A stretch of DNA of 64,000 nt from Candidatus Magasanikiibacteriota bacterium (GTDB taxonomy: Bacteria > Patescibacteriota > Patescibacteriia > Magasanikbacterales > UBA922): NCBI GenBank assembly GCA_041674805.1, contig JBAYVA010000001.1, positions 390,612 to 454,611 on the forward strand, written 5' to 3'. Each line of letters opens with the position of its first letter. Within the stretch, counting starts at the first letter, position 1. Shown piece after piece: positions 56,546 to 64,000 of this stretch. The position numbers and the translations under genes were made by a program. The notes below the pieces were generated by a model that saw only the letters and a program-made list of their open reading frames with translations, was not told where the DNA came from and did no database searches.

Positions 56546-56860
56546 TTATTTCACTTCAGCAACTTTTACTTTTGTAAAACGTTGTCTATGACCATTTGTT
56601 CTTTTGTAACGTACTTTACGTTTATATTTTATAACACGAATTGTTCTGTGTTTTCCTTGTTCTTCACACATAGCAACAATACTTGCACCTTCTAGATATG
56701 GTTTACCGATTTTTACATCTTTACCATCTTCTTTAGCAAGCATAAGAACTTTGTCAAAAACAACTTCTTTACCTACTTCAACTTCAAGTTTTTCAATTTT
56801 TAAAACATCTCCGGTTTTGATAAGATATTGCTTTCCACCGGTTTCAATTACTGCAAACAT
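56546..56860 (-). CDS. rplU: 50S ribosomal protein L21
   Basis: MFAVIETGGKQY, GHRQRFT. Confidence 0.97.
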   Translation of the reverse strand: MFAVIETGGKQYLIKTGDVLKIEKLEVEVGKEVVFDKVLMLAKEDGKDVKIGKPYLEGASIVAMCEEQGKHRTIRVIKYKRKVRYKRTNGHRQRFTKVKVAEVK

Positions 56861-56911
56861 AATTAATGTATATTTAAAATTAATTTATAAGTGTTTTTGG
56901 GAAACGTGAGT

Positions 56912-56940
56912 ATTATACTAAACAAGACCAAAAAAGTCAA
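56912..56940 (-). promoter_or_regulatory. sigma70 promoter of rplU
   Basis: TTGACT-17 nt-TATAAT. Confidence 0.7.
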
Positions 56941-56942
56941 GC

Positions 56943-57407
56943 CTAGTCCTCCACAAGTAGCATTTTGTCTCCTATCTTCAGATTATGCTCTTTTACCCAG
57001 CCAGATGGTAACTCCAAAACCAAATCAGAATCTACTCTAGGTGTGTATTTTTTATACTCATATTCCTCTTTATTTGGCTCTATAGGCACATTTGGGGCAA
57101 TATCTACTACTTCTCCCTTATAAAACCAAACTATATCTATAGGGAAGCTCATGTCCCTCATTACAAATGAATGTTTGGAAGGAAACGAAAAAGGGAAAAT
57201 CATACCATCATAAGGATTAATACTATCCCTACCACCCAAACCTTTTTGTTGTCTATAAATACTGTCAGCAATCAATACTTCCAATTTTTGATCTTTCAAA
57301 GAAACTATGGTTTCTGTCCAATAATATCTTTGCCAAAAAAATAAAAAAATGGCTAAACCTAAAAAAATAAGGATAAAATAAAATTTGAAGTTATTATTTG
57401 TTTTCAT
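56943..57407 (-). CDS. DUF192 domain protein
   Basis: TM helix, KGLGGR, GMIF, MRDMSFPIDIVW, VLELPSG; ATG 57407 preferred. Confidence 0.85.
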   Translation of the reverse strand: MKTNNNFKFYFILIFLGLAIFLFFWQRYYWTETIVSLKDQKLEVLIADSIYRQQKGLGGRDSINPYDGMIFPFSFPSKHSFVMRDMSFPIDIVWFYKGEVVDIAPNVPIEPNKEEYEYKKYTPRVDSDLVLELPSGWVKEHNLKIGDKMLLVED

Positions 57408-57489
57408 AATTGCAATGTATGAATTAAAAATCCCAGACTTGTCCTGATACAAAAATTTTTGGGATTCCACATTACTAATTTTTCATTTA

Positions 57490-58578
57490 TTACTTGACCT
57501 CTTTAGGTAGATTTCTCATTCCACTTTTCTTTTTACCAAACCAAATAACTAATAATATCATTATAACAAAAAGCAAGATTAAAGCCAAAAATTTTTGACT
57601 ACTTTGCAAAAATAAAGCTGACAAACCAAACAACAAAGAAATTGCATAAAACAATAATACTGCTTGTTTTTGACTAAGTCCTGTATCCAACAAACGAAAA
57701 TGTAAATGTTCTCTATCTCCCAAATAAATAGGATGACCTTTTTTGAAACGAGCCCAAATAACTCTAGCTACATCCAAAATAGGTATAGCCATAACCAATA
57801 AAGTAATAGCAATTTTACTACCTGAAATAATAGCCAATGTACCAAGTAAAAAACCAGTCAATAAACTTCCTCCTTCACCCAAAAATATTTTGGCAGGAAA
57901 CCAATTCCAAACTAAAAAACCCAAAACCGCAGCTGCCAAAATAATAGACAAAAGAGCTACATCTGGCTGAAACCAATTCGTTTGTAAAGAAAAAAAGAAC
58001 AAAACACAAGCACCTATAAAAACTATTCCAGAAACCAAACCATCCAGCCCATCCAAGAATTTGGTAGTAAACATCATTCCCATAAGCCAAAAGAAAACTA
58101 AAACATCTGCCAAAACTACAAGTTTACCAAAATTACCAAAATTTATTTGCCAAAAATCTAAATGAATAACTCCACCAAACGGATTGGAAATAATATGTGG
58201 ACCAATACCCGAAAAAATAATAGTCATAGCAGCTAAAACTGGAAATAAAATTTGTATCTTTGGTTTTAAAACATATTTGTCATCCAAAATACCACCAACA
58301 ACCAGAAACAAAGATCCCAAAAATAATCCTAGCAAATTTCTAAATACAATATCATAATAAAAATTATCACCAAAAATCCAAGCCAAAAATACTGACAAGA
58401 AAAAACTAAAAAAAATAGCCAAACCACCACCTAAAGCAATCGGCCTTTTGTGAATTTTTCTTTTTTCTTTACTTACTTTATCAATAATACCAAATTTTCT
58501 CATAAACATAGCAACCAAAAAAGTCACTATTACAGAAACTACGAAGGTAAAACTAAAATAAAACAAATATATCATCAT
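57490..58578 (-). CDS. WecA/TagO-like undecaprenyl-phosphate GlcNAc-1-phosphate transferase
   Basis: RKIH..P..LGGG, GILDD, FLDGLDGL, PAKIFLGEGG, DREHLHFRL. Confidence 0.88.
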   Translation of the reverse strand: MMIYLFYFSFTFVVSVIVTFLVAMFMRKFGIIDKVSKEKRKIHKRPIALGGGLAIFFSFFLSVFLAWIFGDNFYYDIVFRNLLGLFLGSLFLVVGGILDDKYVLKPKIQILFPVLAAMTIIFSGIGPHIISNPFGGVIHLDFWQINFGNFGKLVVLADVLVFFWLMGMMFTTKFLDGLDGLVSGIVFIGACVLFFFSLQTNWFQPDVALLSIILAAAVLGFLVWNWFPAKIFLGEGGSLLTGFLLGTLAIISGSKIAITLLVMAIPILDVARVIWARFKKGHPIYLGDREHLHFRLLDTGLSQKQAVLLFYAISLLFGLSALFLQSSQKFLALILLFVIMILLVIWFGKKKSGMRNLPKEVK

Positions 58579-58618
58579 AATTTTAATAATCAATTTAATT
58601 TAGTATAACAAAATACAG

Positions 58619-59512
58619 CTAAACATCAATATTACACACAGCAAAATTGTTTTCTTTAAGATAATCATCACTAATCTCATACAATACAGGTGCAAAATTA
58701 GTAGTAACTTCTTCTGTTTTTTGCAATTTACCTTCCACAAAAACTTCTCTATAAATTTCATTATAACGAAAATAATTCAAACCTTTTTTTACAAACAGAT
58801 GATTCTTTTCTACAATATGAAAATTTTCCAAAACTTTGCCATTAGACAAAATCTGTCCTTTCAAATGGTCATCTGTCAACCAAATTTTTATTTGCAAAGA
58901 AAAATTAGAAACATTTTTTACTTTTAAATCTAAATAATTATAAAAAATAGTAGCACCACTACCAAATGGCAATGTTCGACCAGAATCAGGAAAAACATCT
59001 TTGGAATGATGATGACGCTCCATAATTTCTGTAGGAGCATGCAAAAAAATCCAATACAAAAAATTTGATAATTGACACATACCACCACCCAAACCTTCTA
59101 TAACATTACCATTGGAAATAAGCATACCATCAACATAACCATCCTTATATTTTGGTTGACCTACCACTTGCCAAAATGAAAAAATTTTCCCTGGTTTTAT
59201 CACAATGCCATCCAATTTTTTGATAGCTTGTTTAAGATTTTGAATTTTTTGTTCTTGTAATTTTGGATCACTTACACCTAATTTACGACGTAACAAAGAT
59301 TGATGTCTAGCTACAACATGAGAAAAGTAAGTATCATTTTTTTGATATGTAATATTCAAATTAAAAAAATTTTGCAAATTTCTAAAAAAATGACGTACCA
59401 AAATAATAAAACTCTTCAAAAAAGGATACTTTCGAGAAAGAGCTACTCTAGTAGGACTTTCATATGTTTTTATATATAACAAAATTTTTTCTTTTAATCT
59501 TATGTCTATCAT
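58619..59512 (-). CDS. VanW family protein
   Basis: IKPGKIFSF, GLGGGMCQLS, ERHHHS, GATIFY..LDL. Confidence 0.88.
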   Translation of the reverse strand: MIDIRLKEKILLYIKTYESPTRVALSRKYPFLKSFIILVRHFFRNLQNFFNLNITYQKNDTYFSHVVARHQSLLRRKLGVSDPKLQEQKIQNLKQAIKKLDGIVIKPGKIFSFWQVVGQPKYKDGYVDGMLISNGNVIEGLGGGMCQLSNFLYWIFLHAPTEIMERHHHSKDVFPDSGRTLPFGSGATIFYNYLDLKVKNVSNFSLQIKIWLTDDHLKGQILSNGKVLENFHIVEKNHLFVKKGLNYFRYNEIYREVFVEGKLQKTEEVTTNFAPVLYEISDDYLKENNFAVCNIDV

Positions 59513-59622
59513 AATCTATATTATTTAAATTTGACCTATTATAGCAAAATTTACAAAAAAATCAATACCCCAAATATAAAAAAACAATCCTCAAAAAAAT
59601 TGGATTGTCTTTTGTTTTTTTA

Positions 59623-62379
59623 CTAATTTCTTTCTATATGAATTTGCAGAGCTTCTCCCAATATAATTTTATCACGTCTTTGTAATTTTCCTTGCAAAAT
59701 AAACTCTGCCAATCTATTTTCTATCCTATCCTGAATTGCACGACGCATAGGACGTGCTCCAAAATCTGGATCAAAACCAACATCAACCAAAGCTTCCAAA
59801 GATTCATCAGTGACTACCAATTCTACTCCCCTATTTTCCAAATCTTTGGCCACACGTTTCAACATATAAGCTGCAATCACTTTTATTTCTTCTCTATTCA
59901 AAGCTTTGAATAAAACTATACCATCAAAACGATTCAAAAATTCTGGACGATAATATTGCATCAGCTCACCATGCAACAAATTTTCTTTTATTCTATCTAA
60001 ATCTACACCCATTTTCATCTGAGCTTGTACATAACTTGTACCAGCATTTGAAGTAGCAATAATAATAGTATTGGTAAAATCTATCACACGACCAACACTA
60101 TCTGTCAAACGTCCATCATCAAAAACTTGCAAAAACAAATTCAAAACATTTCTGTCAGCCTTTTCAAGTTCATCTAAAAGCAAAAGTGAAAAAGGATTTT
60201 GTCTGACAGCTTCTGTCAAAAGACCAGTACCTTGTTGACCAGGTTGACCAATAAGACGATAAATACTACTTGTATCTTGAAATTCACTCATATCCAATCT
60301 AATCATTCTTTCTTCACCACCAAAATATACTTCTGCAATAGTTTTGGCCAATTCAGTCTTACCAACACCTGTTGGACCCAAAAACAAAAAGTTAGCAATT
60401 GGACGTTTTTGTGAACGCATCTCGGCTCTAGCTCTACGCAAAGCATTGGCTACTAACTCTACTGCAATATCTTGACCAACCACACGTTTATGCATTTCTT
60501 GCTCTAAACGCATCAATTTTGATGATTCATTTTCTGTAATACTAGAAACAGGCACACCAGTTTTATTGGCCACCACTTCACCAACTTCTTCAGCTGAAAC
60601 CAAAATATTATCTCCTCTTTTTGATCTTGCAAAACTACCCACTTCAGACAAAAGAGATATAGCTCCAGCAGGCATATTTTGATCAAAGAAAAATTTATCA
60701 GCCAAAACTACACATTTTTCAATAGCATCATAAGAAAAAAATATTTTATTATGATATTCTACTTCTCCAGCTTTTGATTGTAATACACGAATACTTTGTT
60801 CTTGATTCATTTCTTTGACACTAACTTTGGTAAAAACCGTACCAATTTCACTATTTACAATATGACGGTTATAACCTTCTGGCAAAGCTGTTGCAAACAT
60901 TGTAATATTACCTCCTGACAAATATTCAGCCAAAGTTTCAGATACATCTAGACTCTCACCTTGAGTTGCAGCACTGCCTGTCAAATCAGATAAATTATTT
61001 ATAAACAAAATAATATTTTTGGCACGAGAAACTTCATTCATAATTCTTATCAATCTTTCTTGAGCTCCAGACACCGTAGTACCTGCCAACAAAGATGATG
61101 TAGAAATTTGGACAAATCTTTTATCCAATAATTTTTTAGGAGCTTTGCCAGATATCATTTTTTGGACAATACCTTCTATAATGGACATTTTACCAACACC
61201 ATGTTCACCTACTAAAATTACATTATCACGACCAGCTTCTACAATATTAAAAATCTCTTCTATCTCTTTGTCACGAGCAACACATTGTGACAAATGTCCA
61301 TACTTAGCATAAATCGTCAAATCTTTACTATAATTATTCAAATATGGCGTAGCCACAGCAGTCATCGCTTTGTCCATACCATATTTACTTACACCACTAG
61401 CCGCTTTTCTAAATTTTTTGTATTCATCATATAAATATTCTTTCATACGTACCCACTCTACAACATTGTTTAATTTTTGATTTTCTACTTCCAAATCATA
61501 CAACATTTCTTGTAAAATTTCTGATTCACGAACAGTAGCTAACAAAATTTCAGTAGTACGAATTTGACTATCTTTTATTTCATAAGTAATTTCAAAAGAA
61601 TTAAAGATAATTTGCCAAAATTCTTCACCCAGTTTAGTTTCACTTTCTTTATTATTTTTTGGTAATGATTGCAACAAAGAATTAATATGTGCTTTTACCG
61701 AACGTATAGAAATATTCAAACGTACAAAAATACCAATAATTTCACTAGTATCTAGCAAAGTATAAAAAACATGTAAAGATGTAATTTCACTATGTTTATA
61801 ATTTCTAGCCAACAAATAACTTTTTTCCAAAACAGTTTTAGCATTGGCTGTCAAAAATTGACTAATATCAAATTTGTGTTTATGTGAAATTTTTTTTATT
61901 TCTTCCCAATTGTTAGCAAACAAACTATCTTGCAATGTTTTCTTATCCAAAAAATTATAATCTATTTCTTCTTTTGGCACATTGTTTGCTATCAAACGAT
62001 AAAACAAATAAGCAAAAGATACCGTAGAAAACCAGAAAAAAAGTCTAGCACCAGTAATATCATTACTCCAAAATTGTAAAGTAAAGATATTATCAAAACT
62101 TTTATTTACTTTGTAGACTTCAAACAAAAATAAGGCAAAAAAACTAAAACTAAACACAAGAGAACCAATAATTCTTACAATATCCAAAATTTGTCTAGCT
62201 TGCTTTTGTTTTATATTATAAAATGTAATAGATTGTCCAAAATAAACAAAAAGATTATTAAAAAAATAACCAACATGCAATCTTTTGCAATTTTGACAAG
62301 GATGAAAATGAATATAACCATCGCCATGACACGTATCACAAATATCCAAAGACAATTTTTTATTTTTTACAAAAAGCAT
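59623..62379 (-). CDS. Clp/Hsp100-family AAA+ ATPase with N-terminal Zn-finger and TM helices
   Basis: CDTCHGDG...CQNC, two TM segments, Clp-N domain, GEHGVGK, GPTGVGKT, LLDELEKA, GRLTD, RPEFLNRFD, GARPMRR. Confidence 0.88.
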   Translation of the reverse strand: MLFVKNKKLSLDICDTCHGDGYIHFHPCQNCKRLHVGYFFNNLFVYFGQSITFYNIKQKQARQILDIVRIIGSLVFSFSFFALFLFEVYKVNKSFDNIFTLQFWSNDITGARLFFWFSTVSFAYLFYRLIANNVPKEEIDYNFLDKKTLQDSLFANNWEEIKKISHKHKFDISQFLTANAKTVLEKSYLLARNYKHSEITSLHVFYTLLDTSEIIGIFVRLNISIRSVKAHINSLLQSLPKNNKESETKLGEEFWQIIFNSFEITYEIKDSQIRTTEILLATVRESEILQEMLYDLEVENQKLNNVVEWVRMKEYLYDEYKKFRKAASGVSKYGMDKAMTAVATPYLNNYSKDLTIYAKYGHLSQCVARDKEIEEIFNIVEAGRDNVILVGEHGVGKMSIIEGIVQKMISGKAPKKLLDKRFVQISTSSLLAGTTVSGAQERLIRIMNEVSRAKNIILFINNLSDLTGSAATQGESLDVSETLAEYLSGGNITMFATALPEGYNRHIVNSEIGTVFTKVSVKEMNQEQSIRVLQSKAGEVEYHNKIFFSYDAIEKCVVLADKFFFDQNMPAGAISLLSEVGSFARSKRGDNILVSAEEVGEVVANKTGVPVSSITENESSKLMRLEQEMHKRVVGQDIAVELVANALRRARAEMRSQKRPIANFLFLGPTGVGKTELAKTIAEVYFGGEERMIRLDMSEFQDTSSIYRLIGQPGQQGTGLLTEAVRQNPFSLLLLDELEKADRNVLNLFLQVFDDGRLTDSVGRVIDFTNTIIIATSNAGTSYVQAQMKMGVDLDRIKENLLHGELMQYYRPEFLNRFDGIVLFKALNREEIKVIAAYMLKRVAKDLENRGVELVVTDESLEALVDVGFDPDFGARPMRRAIQDRIENRLAEFILQGKLQRRDKIILGEALQIHIERN

Positions 62380-62387
62380 AAGATTAT

Positions 62388-62765
62388 CTAAAAAGAAGAA
62401 TTACTAACAAATAATCCCAAAGAATCCAAAATCATATATATAACAAAAATTGGTAATATTATCCAAACAAAAAATAATCCTATTACAATGATTAACCAAA
62501 TAAAAAGTGCAATAGTTCTAAAAATTACATTAAAAAAACGCATGATGAAACTCACAAAACGACCTTGAAAATCATACTGACCAAACATTGGTACAAAAAT
62601 ATTTTTGAGCCAAAGACCAGGAGCCATCATAGCATTGACATCTTTTACGAGAGAAACACAAAACATCAAAGCTTTCCTACTACCTTCGCTATACCACCAG
62701 ATAGGAAAATAAAAAATGTCGACAATCAATTCCAAAAACATTTTTTGTAGCAAAATAATAAACAT
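62388..62765 (-). CDS. Small membrane protein directly upstream of the Clp ATPase
   Basis: YFPIWWY, NIFVPMFGQYD; 8-nt gap to the next gene. Confidence 0.7.
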   Translation of the reverse strand: MFIILLQKMFLELIVDIFYFPIWWYSEGSRKALMFCVSLVKDVNAMMAPGLWLKNIFVPMFGQYDFQGRFVSFIMRFFNVIFRTIALFIWLIIVIGLFFVWIILPIFVIYMILDSLGLFVSNSSF

Positions 62766-62876
62766 AATAATAAAAAATCCTAAAGTTAAAATTAACTGTT
62801 TTTATTATACCATAAAAACAAAAAACACGTAACAACTTATCATCATTACGTGTCAATAATTATAAAAATAAGAAAA

Positions 62877-63221
62877 TTATCTTTTGGCGACAGAACTATC
62901 AAAAATATCTAAATATGCCACATTTGAAACAATTACTAAATCAGTTTCAGAAATTCTAGCTTGTAAATTTTGCATTGATTTATATTTGGCTACTTGTACA
63001 TCCATTTTTCTATTTTCATATTCCAAATTTGCTACTTGTTTTTCTAAGTCACTAATTACATAACCTTTTGTAGAAACTGAAGTAGTTTTCAAAATATACA
63101 AAACACCAAATACCAAAATAAAAGCAAACAAAGAAATACGAAAAGACGTACTAAAAAATAGTTTGTTAAGTACCTCTTTTTTTTGTCTGAGTGTTTGTTT
63201 TTTTTCTAAATAAGAATTCAT
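62877..63221 (-). CDS. FtsL-like cell division protein
   Basis: Single TM plus coiled coil (GYVISDLEKQ), directly downstream of rsmH. Confidence 0.55.
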   Translation of the reverse strand: MNSYLEKKQTLRQKKEVLNKLFFSTSFRISLFAFILVFGVLYILKTTSVSTKGYVISDLEKQVANLEYENRKMDVQVAKYKSMQNLQARISETDLVIVSNVAYLDIFDSSVAKR

Positions 63222-63263
63222 AATGACAGGCGTGAATTTTTATAAAAATGTAAGTAATATTCT

Positions 63264-64000
63264 TTAAATTTTTTCAACTACTCTCAACTTAGCACTTCTC
63301 GATCTAGGATTACTTTTTGCTTCATCGTCACTAGCAATAATTGGTTTTTTAGTTATTATTCTAATTGTTTTATTATTTTGTGATTTGAAATAATGCTTGA
63401 CCAAACCATCTTCTATAGAATGAAAAGTAATCACAACCAACCTTCCTCCGCTTGCCAACACATCTATAGCTTGTGGCAAAACTCTTTCAATTACCCCAAG
63501 TTCATCATTTACAAAAATACGTAAAGCTTGAAATACTTTGGTTGCTGGATGCAAACCACCTACCCAAGGTATTCTTTGTTCAGCTTGATCAGCTTCAATT
63601 GGAATTTTCAATTTTTTTCTATAAACATCCAAAATTATTCCTACCAAATCACCTACTGTTTCAATTGTATAATCATTTCTTTTTTCTACGATGGCTCTGG
63701 CTATTTCTTTACTCAATTTTTCTTCACCATATTTACGAAATATTTCTTCTAATTCTTCTTCAGACTTAGTATCAAGTATTTCAGCAGCACTACAATGTAC
63801 ATACAAGTTTTTGCCATCCGGAGCTTCTGGAAGTTTTTCTTTGCCAGGAACACATTTCAAATACGTATCATAACGCATATCCAAAGGTTCTTCTGTTTTC
63901 AAAAAACTAAATCCTCTACCTCTTTCTTCAAACTGTGGACTAGACCAACCATAATCCATCAATATTCCATTTACATTTTCAAATTTATTTTCTTCTACAA
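63264..64000 (-). CDS. rsmH: 16S rRNA m4C1402 methyltransferase (5' end outside the window)
   Basis: RGFSF, PLDMRY, YGEE, HPATKVFQALRIFVN, ITFHSIED, NPRSRSAKLR. Confidence 0.95.
   Translation of the reverse strand, partial: VEENKFENVNGILMDYGWSSPQFEERGRGFSFLKTEEPLDMRYDTYLKCVPGKEKLPEAPDGKNLYVHCSAAEILDTKSEEELEEIFRKYGEEKLSKEIARAIVEKRNDYTIETVGDLVGIILDVYRKKLKIPIEADQAEQRIPWVGGLHPATKVFQALRIFVNDELGVIERVLPQAIDVLASGGRLVVITFHSIEDGLVKHYFKSQNNKTIRIITKKPIIASDDEAKSNPRSRSAKLRVVEKI

Noticed and set aside
58619-59512. VanW as evidence of vancomycin resistance
   Set aside because: No vanH, vanA/B, vanX or vanRS genes are present, and VanW domains are common outside resistance clusters.
1-64000. Alternative genetic code (UGA read as Gly or Trp)
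   Set aside because: Conserved genes translate full length in code 11, and TGA ends the methyltransferase gene at a plausible position.

Overview
This is an AT-rich chromosomal segment in genetic code 11. The gene set, compact spacers and scarce Shine-Dalgarno motifs suggest a Patescibacteria/CPR (Parcubacteria-like) genome; this is an inference. Housekeeping genes are secA, hpf, murB, mraY, a Mpl/MurC-like ligase, elp3, glyA, tsaE, queH, rarA, pyrG, rplI, era, ctpA, murA, dnaB, ybaB, recR, rplU and rsmH, plus a dTDP-sugar/glycosyltransferase locus. No rRNA, tRNA, CRISPR array or transposase was recognised. The most striking feature is a pervasive set of short-period (7, 9 or 10 nt) degenerate tandem repeats. 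They occur as inverted arms around small cargo genes (a four-helix-bundle gene, a GxxExxY gene and a probable eroded GxxExxY gene), as empty inverted pairs, as solo arms fused to stop or start codons, and as in-frame tracts inside at least five unrelated proteins. Other points of interest are an unannotated LysW-like zinc-ribbon gene among peptide-ligase and cell-wall genes, an Elp3 plus Trm9-like pair only 10 bp apart, a membrane-anchored Clp ATPase with a degenerate first AAA domain, and two atypical kinase-fold proteins.
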